From positions 10,731-74,730 of the forward strand of contig JBAZKK010000002.1 in assembly GCA_041650795.1 (NCBI GenBank): DNA of 64,000 nucleotides. The letters are read 5' to 3'. The notes beneath the pieces are model-generated. The model was not told the origin of the DNA. It made no database searches and saw nothing but the letters and a program-made list of their open reading frames with translations. Positions 46,644 to 56,354 of this stretch are shown in pieces (the stretch's first letter is position 1; each line of letters begins with the position of its first letter). Both the position numbers and the translations under genes were made by a program. This DNA is from Candidatus Omnitrophota bacterium. Lineage in GTDB: Bacteria; Omnitrophota; Gorgyraeia; Gygaellales; Profunditerraquicolaceae.

Positions 46644-47012
46644 ATGGAAGAAGGAATGAAAGACCGCCTTATCATTATACTATCGGTCCTGACGGTAATA
46701 TTTTTTATCGCAGCCATAGGCTCCTGCGGCAGCGTGCGCAGAGAGAAGATCGCCAAGGATAGGGAAATGGCTACCCGCCTGGACCTGGAAGAGAATGCAG
46801 GCAAGCTCGAGAGTCAGGTAGCCGGCCTCAGCCAGCAGTTAGAGCAGGAGAAAGCGGCGCACGAGACTACCCGTAAGGCATTATCGCAAGAGCAGATTCT
46901 TAACCAGAACCTAAAAGAGGAATTAGAGAAGGTCAGCGAGCTTAAAAAGGCGCTGGAGGAAGATTTAAAGGAAGCGCTGATAAAAGGCAAATCTCCTAGG
47001 AGTAAGAGATAG
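46644..47012 (+). CDS. Small coiled-coil protein with probable lipoprotein signal
   Basis: Hydrophobic N-terminus ending IAAIGSCG (lipobox-like), then about 90 aa of heptad-like charged sequence (LEENAGKLESQVAGLSQQLEQEKAAHE...). The start is uncertain (ATG 46644 or 46656; ORF-track TTG 46626). Confidence 0.5.
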   Translation: MEEGMKDRLIIILSVLTVIFFIAAIGSCGSVRREKIAKDREMATRLDLEENAGKLESQVAGLSQQLEQEKAAHETTRKALSQEQILNQNLKEELEKVSELKKALEEDLKEALIKGKSPRSKR

Positions 47013-47097
47013 AAGGGTGTTTTTCTACGCCCTGTTTAAATAATAAACCGAAGATGAGATAGAAGGAGCGGCACAAAAAGATACGCGCGCGTATTCT

Positions 47098-47124
47098 AAA
47101 AGGGGATGGTTATCCCCTTTTTTG
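47098..47124 (+). terminator. Rho-independent terminator
   Basis: AAAAGGGGAT-GGTT-ATCCCCTTTT stem-loop followed by a T run (47118-47124), downstream of the coiled-coil gene. Confidence 0.8.
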
Positions 47125-47174
47125 TTGAGCAATGACGCTTTGAGAAAGAATAGGAGACCTGTAAGGAGGTGGGT

Positions 47175-48155
47175 ATGGCGATATTGCGTAAGGTAGGGGA
47201 GAAGTTAAAAAACATCGCCGCCAGGAATAAGAAGAGAGTAGGCAGGGCGATCAGCAGAAAAAAAGCCAAAGAAACCGTTGTCAGGGAGGAGAAACGCGAG
47301 ACGCTCGGCATTCACGAAACGGCGGTAGTGCAGGCCAAGTTTTCCACCCCGGAGCCCGGCAGGCCTGTGCGCCGCGCGATGGAAGACCTTCCCGCGGGTT
47401 ATCACGAGAATAAGATAGTCCTGCAGGTGCGGGATCCCTGGTGGTTGCATAGTTACTGGGAACTGACTTCAGACGCCATCGATGCCCTGCGCAGGCGTTT
47501 GGGAGAATCCTTCCGCGGTTCGCGGATGGCGCTTCGGGTCTATGACGTAAGTTATATTATTTTCGACGGGAAAAACGCCAACAGTTACTTTGACATCGAG
47601 GTTAACCCTCAGGCAACCAGCTGGTATATCGATACCAAGGGGCCGGGCAGGTCCTGGTGCGTGGAATTGGGGTTTAGGCTGGCCAACGGCGATTTTATCG
47701 CCATTATCCGTTCCAATACCGTGCACACCCCTATTGACGGGCCATCCTGGATTACCGACGAGGAATGGATGATTCCGGATGACGTGTTTGCGCGGCTCTA
47801 CGGAATGGGGTTTGGCCTGGGGCAGAGTTCTCCGGTAGGAAAGGCCTGGCAGGAACGCTTGAAGAGAGAGCTTTATTCCGGAGCCCTTTCCTCGGGTGCC
47901 AGCCCTGTTAAGAAGCACCTTCAGCAGAAAGGCTTTTGGATGGTGGTAAATACAGAGCTTGTTGTTTACGGGGCAACTGAGCCTGATGCCAAGCTGACCG
48001 TCCAGGGCAAGCCCGTGGCCTTGCGTGCCGACGGGACATTCACCCTGCGCTTTGCCCTTCCTGACGGCAGGCAGGTCATACCGGTCGAAGCGGTTTCAGC
48101 GGACAGCAGCCAGAGGCGTAGCGTAACGCCGATAGTCAGCAGGGAGACCAGATAG
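47175..48155 (+). CDS. DUF4912 domain protein
   Basis: RDPWWLHSYWELT motif and C-terminal beta-rich LVVYGATEPDAKLTVQGKPVALRADGTF. ATG 47175 follows an AGGAGG site. Sits upstream of a GH57 gene, as is usual for this family. Confidence 0.7.
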   Translation: MAILRKVGEKLKNIAARNKKRVGRAISRKKAKETVVREEKRETLGIHETAVVQAKFSTPEPGRPVRRAMEDLPAGYHENKIVLQVRDPWWLHSYWELTSDAIDALRRRLGESFRGSRMALRVYDVSYIIFDGKNANSYFDIEVNPQATSWYIDTKGPGRSWCVELGFRLANGDFIAIIRSNTVHTPIDGPSWITDEEWMIPDDVFARLYGMGFGLGQSSPVGKAWQERLKRELYSGALSSGASPVKKHLQQKGFWMVVNTELVVYGATEPDAKLTVQGKPVALRADGTFTLRFALPDGRQVIPVEAVSADSSQRRSVTPIVSRETR

Positions 48156-48159
48156 GATT

Positions 48160-49734
48160 ATGCATAAAGGCTACCTCTCCATCGTTTTGCACAGTCATCT
48201 TCCCTATGTGCGCCATCCCGATTACGAGGATTTCCTGGAGGAGGATTGGCTCTACGAGGCTATCACCGAAACCTATATTCCTCTGATTGAGGTATTCCAG
48301 CGTCTGATTGATGATAAGGTAGATTTCCGTATCAGCCTGGGTTTGTCGCCTACGCTGGTCTCGATGTTCCTGGATCCGCTCCTTGAGGCACGCTACTTAA
48401 AGCATATCAATAAATTAATAGAGCTGGCGCATAAAGAGGTTGAGAGGACGCGCTGGCAGCCGGAGTTCCAGCACCTGGCACTGATGTACCTCGATAATTT
48501 CTACCGGGCGCGCAGTATATTCGAACGTTACAACGGAAACCTCTCTATACCGTTTAAGGACCTCCAGGATTTAGGAAAGGTCGAGATTGTTACCTGCGGC
48601 GCCACCCACGGTTATCTTCCTTTGATGGAGGCGGTGCGGCCTTCGGTGCGGGCGCAGGTTAAGGTTGCGGCAGACCATTACCAGAAGGTTTTCGGCAGGA
48701 GGCCCGGAGGGATATGGTTGCCGGAATGCGGCTACTACCCTGGATACGACGAGATATTGAAGGAGGCCGGGATAAGATATTTTTTCAGCGATGCCCACGG
48801 CGTGCTGCATGCGACGCCGCGGCCAAAATACGGAGTATTCGCTCCGATATACTGCAAATCCGGAGTGGCCTGTTTCGGCCGGGACCTGGAATCCGCCAAG
48901 CAGGTCTGGTCTTCTATCGAGGGATACCCCGGAGATTATGTCTATCGCGAATTTTACCGCGATATCGGATTTGACCTGGATCACGAATACATTAAACCCT
49001 ATATACATCCCGACGGCATCAGGGTCAACACCGGCATTAAGTATTACCGCATTAGCGGCAGCGAAAACAAACAGCCTTACGACCCTTACCTGGCAAGGGA
49101 AAAGGCTGCCGTGCATGCCGGTAATTTCATGTTCAACCGTGAAAGGCAGATAGGGCACCTTTACGGCTTATTAGGCAAGAAACCGCTTGTCGTCTCGCCC
49201 TATGACGCGGAGCTCTACGGGCACTGGTGGTATGAGGGGGTTATATGGCTGGAGATGTTTTTACGCAAGATACATTTTGACCAGAAGACCATCCGGCTTA
49301 TCACTCCTTCGGAATACCTCGCGGAAAACCCGCGTAATCAAGTAGCCACGCCTTCCATGTCGAGCTGGGGATGGAAGGGTTACAGCGAGATGTGGCTGCA
49401 GGGTCCCAATGATTGGCTCTACCGGCACCTGCATAAGGCATCGGAGCGCATGACGGAGCTGGCCAGGGGATTCCCGCAAAGCGACGGTTTATTAAGACGC
49501 GCGTTAAACCAGGCCTTAAGGGAACTTTTATTAGCTCAAGGCTCAGACTGGGCCTTTATCATGGCTACCGGCACGCATGTGCCGTACGCCACGAAGCGCA
49601 GCAAGGAACATCTTTTGAGTTTCACGCGGCTCTACGAGGACATCAAGTCTAATTATATAGATGAAAAGTGGCTGGCGGATATCGAATACCGCGACAACAT
49701 CTTTCCTGATATCGATTACCGCATACACCAGTAA
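48160..49734 (+). CDS. Glycoside hydrolase family 57 alpha-glucan branching enzyme
   Basis: GYLSIVLHSHLPYVRHP, WLPECGY and SPYDAELYGHWWYEG are GH57 signatures. Confidence 0.85.
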   Translation: MHKGYLSIVLHSHLPYVRHPDYEDFLEEDWLYEAITETYIPLIEVFQRLIDDKVDFRISLGLSPTLVSMFLDPLLEARYLKHINKLIELAHKEVERTRWQPEFQHLALMYLDNFYRARSIFERYNGNLSIPFKDLQDLGKVEIVTCGATHGYLPLMEAVRPSVRAQVKVAADHYQKVFGRRPGGIWLPECGYYPGYDEILKEAGIRYFFSDAHGVLHATPRPKYGVFAPIYCKSGVACFGRDLESAKQVWSSIEGYPGDYVYREFYRDIGFDLDHEYIKPYIHPDGIRVNTGIKYYRISGSENKQPYDPYLAREKAAVHAGNFMFNRERQIGHLYGLLGKKPLVVSPYDAELYGHWWYEGVIWLEMFLRKIHFDQKTIRLITPSEYLAENPRNQVATPSMSSWGWKGYSEMWLQGPNDWLYRHLHKASERMTELARGFPQSDGLLRRALNQALRELLLAQGSDWAFIMATGTHVPYATKRSKEHLLSFTRLYEDIKSNYIDEKWLADIEYRDNIFPDIDYRIHQ

Positions 49735-49763
49735 AACCCGTATAATCCCGGCAGAGTTCTATT

Positions 49764-50486
49764 ATGACTCTAAGCGTAGAAGGCAATATCCCGCGCCATG
49801 TAGCGATTATCATGGACGGTAACGGTCGCTGGGCAAATGAGAGGGGCCTGGCGCGCAGCGCCGGTCACCGCGCCGGTATCAAAGCCGTAAAAGAGGCGGT
49901 TTCGGCAGCAGGCGAGCTAGGCGTCGAGGTGGTTACATTATTTGCGTTTTCTACCGAGAACTGGTCGCGGCCCAAAAAGGAAATAAAGATGCTTATGCGT
50001 GCCTTGGATGATTTTTTGAAGCGTCAGCTCAAGGACCTCAAAAAGAACAATATCCGTCTTGTCGTTATCGGCAGGGATGAACCTTTACCCGCTTATCTGC
50101 GAAGGAAGCTGAAAGATGCCCAGGAGCGGACCGGAGACAATACCGGTTTAACCGTGGTGCTGGCGTTGAATTACGGCGGGAGGCAGGAGATTGTTGATGC
50201 TGCCAGGAGGTTTGCCAGAGCGGCAGCCCGGGGCGAGGTCAGGCCCGAAGCGTTAAACGAAGATTCCTTCGGCAATTATCTTTATACCAGCGGCCTGCCT
50301 GATCCGGATATGCTTATCCGCACCAGCGGAGAGATGCGTATCAGCAATTTCTTGCTTTGGCAGCTTTCTTATGCCGAATTTTATTTTCTCGGGAAATACT
50401 GGCCGGACTTTAAGAAAGAGGATTTTTACAGGGCGGTCAAGGTATATCAGGAAAGGGAGCGCCGTTTCGGCAGGGTCAGGAGGTGA
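49764..50486 (+). CDS. uppS: Undecaprenyl-diphosphate synthase (isoprenyl transferase)
   Basis: HVAIIMDGNGRWA, FAFSTENWSRP and IRTSGEMRISNFLLWQ. Confidence 0.9.
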   Translation: MTLSVEGNIPRHVAIIMDGNGRWANERGLARSAGHRAGIKAVKEAVSAAGELGVEVVTLFAFSTENWSRPKKEIKMLMRALDDFLKRQLKDLKKNNIRLVVIGRDEPLPAYLRRKLKDAQERTGDNTGLTVVLALNYGGRQEIVDAARRFARAAARGEVRPEALNEDSFGNYLYTSGLPDPDMLIRTSGEMRISNFLLWQLSYAEFYFLGKYWPDFKKEDFYRAVKVYQERERRFGRVRR

Positions 50487-50490
50487 ACCT

Positions 50491-51285
50491 TTGTTGTTAA
50501 AAAGGATATTAACTTCAGCAGTGCTTATCGTGATAATTGCTGTGGTGGTATCGTTTGACTGGCTGGTAGGCCTGGCAGTAACCGCTTTTATCGTTGCAGG
50601 GCTATACGAATTCTTCACGATGCTGGAGAAGAAAGGCATTATCATCTATAAATATTTCGGTATCGCCGTAGGGACGGTTATTCCGCTTTCCATAATGCTG
50701 CGGTTTGAGCTTACCAGGGGGTGGGAGCTTTTATTCGTGACCCTGGGGTTATTGTTCCTGATCGTAATGCAGTTCAGGAGGAGCCAGAGCTCAGGGGTTA
50801 TCGTGGGGATATCCACCACTATCTTCGGTATAATCTATGTCTCGTGGTTTTTGAGTTTTCTTATTAAAATACGTTACCTTCCCCGCGGGCTGGAGCTGTT
50901 GGTGGCGGTGCTCGCCATTACCAAGCTTGGGGATATCGGCGCGTATCTGGTTGGTTCACGTTTCGGTAAGACTCCTCTTATGCCGCGCATCAGCCCGCAC
51001 AAATCAGTAGAAGGTGCGGTAGGGGGACTGGTTTTTAGCGTTATCGCAGCATTGCTAAGCAGAGGATTAATAAAGATTGCCTGGCCGCAATTGGTGCTGT
51101 TGGGTATCTTCATCGGCTTGCTTGGTCAGATAGGCGATTTATCAGAATCATTAATGAAAAGGGATTGCGCGGTCAAGGATTCCGGCAGGCTATTGCCGGG
51201 TATGGGCGGGGTTCTGGATGTGATAGACAGCCTGCTTTTTACCGCCCCGGTATTTTATTTCCTCTCCAGCTACGCAGTCATTTAG
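50491..51285 (+). CDS. cdsA: Phosphatidate cytidylyltransferase
   Basis: Polytopic membrane protein with SPHKSVEGAVGG and GDLSESLMKRD motifs. TTG 50491 follows an AGGAGG site; the ORF-track start at 50371 overlaps uppS. Confidence 0.8.
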   Translation: MLLKRILTSAVLIVIIAVVVSFDWLVGLAVTAFIVAGLYEFFTMLEKKGIIIYKYFGIAVGTVIPLSIMLRFELTRGWELLFVTLGLLFLIVMQFRRSQSSGVIVGISTTIFGIIYVSWFLSFLIKIRYLPRGLELLVAVLAITKLGDIGAYLVGSRFGKTPLMPRISPHKSVEGAVGGLVFSVIAALLSRGLIKIAWPQLVLLGIFIGLLGQIGDLSESLMKRDCAVKDSGRLLPGMGGVLDVIDSLLFTAPVFYFLSSYAVI

Positions 51286-51306
51286 CTGTCAGGGTATCGA
51301 AAGGCT

Positions 51307-52461
51307 ATGAAGCGCATTACTGTTTTGGGCTCAACCGGCTCCGTAGGGGTTAATACCCTTAAGGTGGTGCGGGATTTTCCGGAGCACTTTAAGGTAACGG
51401 GGTTAAGCAGCAACGCAAACAGCTCCCTTTTATATCAGCAGATTAAGGGTTTTGCGCCTGAGGCGGTTGCGGTTGTAGATCACCGGGCCGCCATGAAATT
51501 AAAGGCAAAATTAAAGGGGCAAAAGGTTAAGGTTCTTGTAGGCGAGGATGGGCTATCGGAGCTGGCAGGCTACCGCAATGCCGATAAGGTAGTTTTGGCG
51601 ATCAGCGGCTCATCAGCGCTTAGGCCTCTCCTGAGCGCTATTGATAACGGCAGGGTTATTGCTTTAGCCAATAAGGAAGCCCTGGTTATGGCAGGAGAGA
51701 TTATTATGCCGCGCCTGCTGGGAAGGAAATCCCGTCTTATCCCTATTGACAGCGAGCAATCGGCTATCTGGCAATGCCTTGAGGGCGAGGAGAAAACGAA
51801 ATTAAAGCGTATTTACCTGACTGCTTCCGGCGGGCCATTAAGAAAGAGGGGGTTAAGTTCTTTGAAGACGGCCTGCGTGAAGGAGGTCTTAAGGCATCCC
51901 CGCTGGGATATGGGCAGAAAGATAAGCGTGGATTCCGCCACCCTCATGAATAAGGGGCTGGAGGTATTGGAGGCAATGTATCTTTTCGGCATAGCAGCCA
52001 AAAATATTAAGGTGCTGGTGCATCCGGAGGCGATTATCCATTCCATGGTTGAGTTTACGGATGGGGTGATCCTAGCCCAACTTTCCGCCACTGATATGCG
52101 TATTCCCATACAGTATGCCCTTTCTTATCCCGAAAGGCTAAGCAATGCTGCGTTTCCGGAGGTGGATTTCTTGAGGTTGAGGAGGCTTAATTTTGAGAGG
52201 CCGGATTTACGCCGTTTCCCGGCTTTAGGCCTGGCATACCTGGCAGCCGAGGAGAGAGGCACGATGCCGGCAGTTTTGAACGCCGCTAATGAGGTAGCAG
52301 TGGAGGCGTTCCTAAAAAACAGGATCGCTTTTACCGGTATTGCCCAAACTGTGGAATCCGTGATGTATAGCCATAAAAATACAAAAAAGCCCAGCCTTGC
52401 CGATATCCTGGCTGCGGATGAATGGGCCAGAGGCAAGGCGCGCGTTTTAACAGCCGATTAG
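51307..52461 (+). CDS. dxr: 1-deoxy-D-xylulose 5-phosphate reductoisomerase
   Basis: ITVLGSTGSVGVNTL, LANKEALV, DSEQSAI and LTASGGP. Confidence 0.9.
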   Translation: MKRITVLGSTGSVGVNTLKVVRDFPEHFKVTGLSSNANSSLLYQQIKGFAPEAVAVVDHRAAMKLKAKLKGQKVKVLVGEDGLSELAGYRNADKVVLAISGSSALRPLLSAIDNGRVIALANKEALVMAGEIIMPRLLGRKSRLIPIDSEQSAIWQCLEGEEKTKLKRIYLTASGGPLRKRGLSSLKTACVKEVLRHPRWDMGRKISVDSATLMNKGLEVLEAMYLFGIAAKNIKVLVHPEAIIHSMVEFTDGVILAQLSATDMRIPIQYALSYPERLSNAAFPEVDFLRLRRLNFERPDLRRFPALGLAYLAAEERGTMPAVLNAANEVAVEAFLKNRIAFTGIAQTVESVMYSHKNTKKPSLADILAADEWARGKARVLTAD

Positions 52462-52463
52462 AG

Positions 52464-53543
52464 ATGGTTTCCTTGGTTACCTTTATACTTGTTATCGGTA
52501 TTCTTATCATCGTGCACGAATTCGGGCATTTTATGACAGCCAAGATGATAGGGGTGCGGGTAGAGAAGTTTTACGTGGGGTTCGGGCCCCAGCTTTGGAA
52601 GAAGAAAAGGGGGGATACTGAATATGGCCTGGCTGCCATTCCGCTCGGAGGCTACGTGAAGCTTGCAGGCGACAACCCCGAGGAGGCGAAGGGCGAACCT
52701 TACGAGTATTTTTCGCGCAAACCCGGCGAGCGCGCCCTGATTGTATTCTGCGGCCCGCTTTTGAATTACATCCTGGGTTTTTTATGTTTATGGCTGGTTT
52801 TCTCAAGCGGTTATCCTATGCTTACCGCCAAGGTCGGCGGACTTCTTGCCGGGATGGGCGCGGAACAGGCGGGTGTCAGGCCGGGAGACAGGATTATTGC
52901 GATTGACGGGGAGGATATAAAATACTGGGACCAAATGCAGCAGGTTATACGCTCCAAAAAGAAAGCCTCTTGCGTTAAGATAGAGTTGTTGCGTGACGGC
53001 AAGAAATACGGCTTCGATGTCAGGCTGCAGCAGAAAGAACTTAGGGATATTTCGGGTCAGAGGCATATGGTGGGGCTCCTGGGGATAACGCCCGAAGGCG
53101 AAGCGGTTAACGTCAGGCACGGCCCCCTGGAGGCTTTTTCCCTGGGGTTAAAGAGGACTTGCGATATCACCGTTATTACCTGCCGCGGGCTTTGGCAGAT
53201 TATCGCGGGGAGATTATCCCTGCGCGATTCGGTCACCGGACCGCTGGGGATATTCTATATTACGGGTAAAGCTGCCGAGGCCGGGATAAGCGCGGTAATA
53301 CAGCTGGTGGCGGTATTGAGCATAAGCCTGGCGATATTCAACCTCCTGCCGCTTCCGGTTCTAGACGGCGGGCACATATTCTTTTTGGCACTGGAGAGGA
53401 TCAGGGGGAAACGCTTAAGCGCCAGGGCCGATAATATCATTACGAGGGCGGGGTTGTTTTTTATTATTTCCCTGGCAGTAGTGGTTACCTATCTCGATGT
53501 CTGGAGGCTTTTTAGCGATAAGATCGCGGCGTTATTTAAATGA
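52464..53543 (+). CDS. rseP: RIP site-2 metalloprotease RseP
   Basis: HEFGHF zinc motif, a PDZ region, and NLLPLPVLDGGH. ATG 52464 lies just after the dxr stop. Confidence 0.85.
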   Translation: MVSLVTFILVIGILIIVHEFGHFMTAKMIGVRVEKFYVGFGPQLWKKKRGDTEYGLAAIPLGGYVKLAGDNPEEAKGEPYEYFSRKPGERALIVFCGPLLNYILGFLCLWLVFSSGYPMLTAKVGGLLAGMGAEQAGVRPGDRIIAIDGEDIKYWDQMQQVIRSKKKASCVKIELLRDGKKYGFDVRLQQKELRDISGQRHMVGLLGITPEGEAVNVRHGPLEAFSLGLKRTCDITVITCRGLWQIIAGRLSLRDSVTGPLGIFYITGKAAEAGISAVIQLVAVLSISLAIFNLLPLPVLDGGHIFFLALERIRGKRLSARADNIITRAGLFFIISLAVVVTYLDVWRLFSDKIAALFK

Positions 53544-54652
53544 TGCAGTTTAAGAGACGTAAAACCAGGGTTGTCAGGATAGGCAGGATTGTAATCGGAG
53601 GAGATAACCCCATTGCCATCCAGTCAATGGCAAAGGTCAAGACATCCGAGACGGACGCGGTCTTGAGGCAGGCGCAGGATTTAGCATCGGCCGGCTGCGA
53701 GATCCTGCGCGTAGCGGTAAAGGATGAGGCGGACGCCCGCGCCGTAAAAACAATCAAAAAATCCATCAGTATGCCGCTGGTGGCAGATATACATTTTTCG
53801 CAGCGGCTGGCATTGCTGGCGATTGAGAGCGGCGCAGACAAGATACGTCTCAACCCCGGAAATATCCATAAGAGAAAAGAGGTTATGGAGATCGCCCGAG
53901 CCTGCCGTTTGCACCGCATACCGGTAAGGGTGGGCTTGAATTCTGGTTCCTTAAAGACGTTAAAGAGAGGGGCGGGAGGGCGCAGGTCATCCAGAGATAA
54001 TGGCCTTGCAGATATTATGGTAAAGGAGGCCTTAAGTTACCTTAGGATTTTTGAGAGGGAAGGATTTTACGATATTGTCGTGTCGCTTAAGGGTTCGCAT
54101 CTGGTTGATACTATTTGGGCTTACCGCAAGATGAGCAGGCATTGCGATTATCCTTTTCATCTGGGCGTGACGGCAAGCGGCTTGCCCGAATGGGGGACTG
54201 TCAAATCCAGCATCGCAATTGGGGCTTTACTATTAGAGGGTATCGGTGATACAATAAGGGTGTCGCTTTCCGCACCTCCTGCCGAGGAGGTGCAGGTTGC
54301 CCGTTCTATCCTGCAGTCGCTGGGTTTGCGCAATTTCGGATACGAAATAGTAAGCTGTCCTACCTGCGGCAGGTGCGAGGTGGACCTTATCTCCAAGGCA
54401 AGAGAACTCCAGGCAGGATTGAAGAATTTAGGAATAAAGGGGTCCGGTCGCCCCATGAGCATAGCGTTGATGGGGTGCGTGGTTAACGGCCCGGGAGAGG
54501 CGCGCGAGGCGGATATCGGAGTAGCCTTCGCAGCAAAGGAAGGATTATTGTTTAAAAGAGGCAAGCCGCTGCGCAAGGTTTCCTTTAGAGACAGCGTAAC
54601 GGTTCTATTAAAAGAACTCAAGGCAACAGGATGCTGTGGTCTAAGACGTTAA
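53540..54652 (+). CDS. ispG: 4-hydroxy-3-methylbut-2-en-1-yl diphosphate synthase
   Basis: VRIGRIVIGGDNPIAIQSM, LRVAV and SCPTCGRC...GCVVNGPGE. Confidence 0.9.
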   Translation: MMQFKRRKTRVVRIGRIVIGGDNPIAIQSMAKVKTSETDAVLRQAQDLASAGCEILRVAVKDEADARAVKTIKKSISMPLVADIHFSQRLALLAIESGADKIRLNPGNIHKRKEVMEIARACRLHRIPVRVGLNSGSLKTLKRGAGGRRSSRDNGLADIMVKEALSYLRIFEREGFYDIVVSLKGSHLVDTIWAYRKMSRHCDYPFHLGVTASGLPEWGTVKSSIAIGALLLEGIGDTIRVSLSAPPAEEVQVARSILQSLGLRNFGYEIVSCPTCGRCEVDLISKARELQAGLKNLGIKGSGRPMSIALMGCVVNGPGEAREADIGVAFAAKEGLLFKRGKPLRKVSFRDSVTVLLKELKATGCCGLRR

Positions 54653-55881
54653 TACCTACTTTAAGAGAGGTTCCGCAGGAAGCGGAATCGGTGAGCCATC
54701 AATTGATGCTGCGCGCAGGATTGGTGCGCATGCTCTTTGCCGGCGTTTATTCCTATTTGCCTCTGGGTTGGAGGGTTTTGAGGAATATCGAAGAGGTTGT
54801 CCGTCAGGAGATGGAGGCTGCCGGCGCCTCCGAATTGCTGCTGCCGGCCTTACAGCCTCTGGAGCTCTGGCAGCGTTCAGGCCGGGATAAGGATATGGGG
54901 GATGTAATGGTGCGTTTTACGGACCGCAGAGGAAGAAACCTTTGCCTTGGGCCCACCCATGAAGAGGTCATTACGGAGCTCGCAAAGAATCATATTTCTT
55001 CCTATCGCCAATTGCCGCTGGTGTTATACCAGATCCAGACTAAATTCCGCGACGAGATACGGCCGCGCTTCGGTCTGGTGCGGGCCTGCGAGTTTATTAT
55101 GAAGGACGCCTATAGTTTTGACAAGGATGAAGCGGGACTGGATAAGAATTACCAGGCGATGTATGAGGCCTATCAGCGTATCTTCAGGAGGTGCGGTTTG
55201 GATTGCCTGGCGGTTGAGGCAGACTCCGGGGTTATGGGAGGAAAGGTCTCGCACGAATTTATGGTTACGGCCCGGGACGGAGAGGATGCGGTATCGGTCT
55301 GCCCTCAATGCCGCAGGGCATACCCCTTTAATGAAGGCGTAGATTCCGCCTGCCGCGATTGCGGTTTTAACCTAAGCAAGGTTAATGCCATAGAAATAGG
55401 CCATATCTTTAAATTAGGAACCAAATACACCAAGACCTTGAAGGCCGATTTTCTTGATGAAGCAGGCAGGCTTAACCCTATTGTGATGGGTTGTTACGGT
55501 ATCGGGGTCTCCCGCCTTATCTCTGCCGTTATTGAGCAGAATAACGACAAAGACGGGATTATCTGGCCGCTTGAGATTAGCCCTTATAGAGTGCTTATCC
55601 TGCCGCTGGACGTTACCGACGGAGTCATTATGCAGAAGGCCCGTGAGGTTTACGAAGAGCTGGGCAGATTGGGCGTTTCCGTGTTGCTCGATGACCGCGA
55701 TGAGCGCGCTGGGGTTAAATTCAAGGATGCGGATTTGTTGGGGGTATCCCTACAGGTAATTATCGGCAAGGAATCTTTGACGAAGGAGATGCTGGAGTTT
55801 AAGGAGCGCCGCGGAAATAAAAAGAGCTCCGATACCAAGGCAGCAGTTATAAAACGCATCAAGGATACCATTAATGTATAG
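54631..55881 (+). CDS. proS: Prolyl-tRNA synthetase, bacterial type, lacking the INS editing domain (a four-Cys mini-insert takes its place)
   Basis: Class II motifs (FRDEIRPRFGLVRACEFIMKDAYSF; GCYGIGVSR). At 416 aa it is well short of bacterial-type ProRS enzymes that carry an INS domain, as I recall them. CPQCRRAYPFNEGVDSACRDCGF lies between motifs 2 and 3. Confidence 0.85.
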   Translation: MLWSKTLIPTLREVPQEAESVSHQLMLRAGLVRMLFAGVYSYLPLGWRVLRNIEEVVRQEMEAAGASELLLPALQPLELWQRSGRDKDMGDVMVRFTDRRGRNLCLGPTHEEVITELAKNHISSYRQLPLVLYQIQTKFRDEIRPRFGLVRACEFIMKDAYSFDKDEAGLDKNYQAMYEAYQRIFRRCGLDCLAVEADSGVMGGKVSHEFMVTARDGEDAVSVCPQCRRAYPFNEGVDSACRDCGFNLSKVNAIEIGHIFKLGTKYTKTLKADFLDEAGRLNPIVMGCYGIGVSRLISAVIEQNNDKDGIIWPLEISPYRVLILPLDVTDGVIMQKAREVYEELGRLGVSVLLDDRDERAGVKFKDADLLGVSLQVIIGKESLTKEMLEFKERRGNKKSSDTKAAVIKRIKDTINV

Positions 55882-56332
55882 AGATAGCGTTATACTTGAG
55901 CTGCGGGGCTTAATCGAAGAGCATCTTAAGGGGCAGGGGCTGTTTCTGGTGGATCTTATCTGCCGCCGCGAAGGCAGAAATCTTATGCTGCGCGTATTGG
56001 TGGATTACCCCCTGGGAGGCATTGACATTGATACCTGCGCCCGCCTGAATAATGAATTAGGGGCGATCCTCGAGGAAAAGGATATTATCGGGGAGAGTTA
56101 TATCCTGGAGGTTTCTTCTCCCGGTCTAGACCGCTCCCTCAAGAGCAGGGAGGATTTTCGGCGTTGCCTGGGGAGGGAAGCGGTATTTTACCTTTCCGGG
56201 TCAGTCAAGGAAAGGATTGAATGGCGGGGCGTAATCAAGGAGATAGGAGAAGATGGTATTTTAATAGAAAGCTCCGGGGACGAAATAAGCATTCCCCTGG
56301 CGTTAATAAACAAGGCAAGACAGATAGTCTAA
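55874..56332 (+). CDS. rimP: Ribosome maturation factor RimP
   Basis: LRVLVD, YILEVSSPGLDRSLK, and its position upstream of nusA. Confidence 0.85.
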   Translation: MYRDSVILELRGLIEEHLKGQGLFLVDLICRREGRNLMLRVLVDYPLGGIDIDTCARLNNELGAILEEKDIIGESYILEVSSPGLDRSLKSREDFRRCLGREAVFYLSGSVKERIEWRGVIKEIGEDGILIESSGDEISIPLALINKARQIV

Positions 56333-56354
56333 AGGGGCCTAACAGGAGATTTGT

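Noticed and set aside
47081-47094. Alternating-CG palindrome ATACGCGCGCGTAT just upstream of the terminator
   Set aside because: It is short and isolated, with no second copy seen and no gene start nearby. It could be chance or part of the terminator context.
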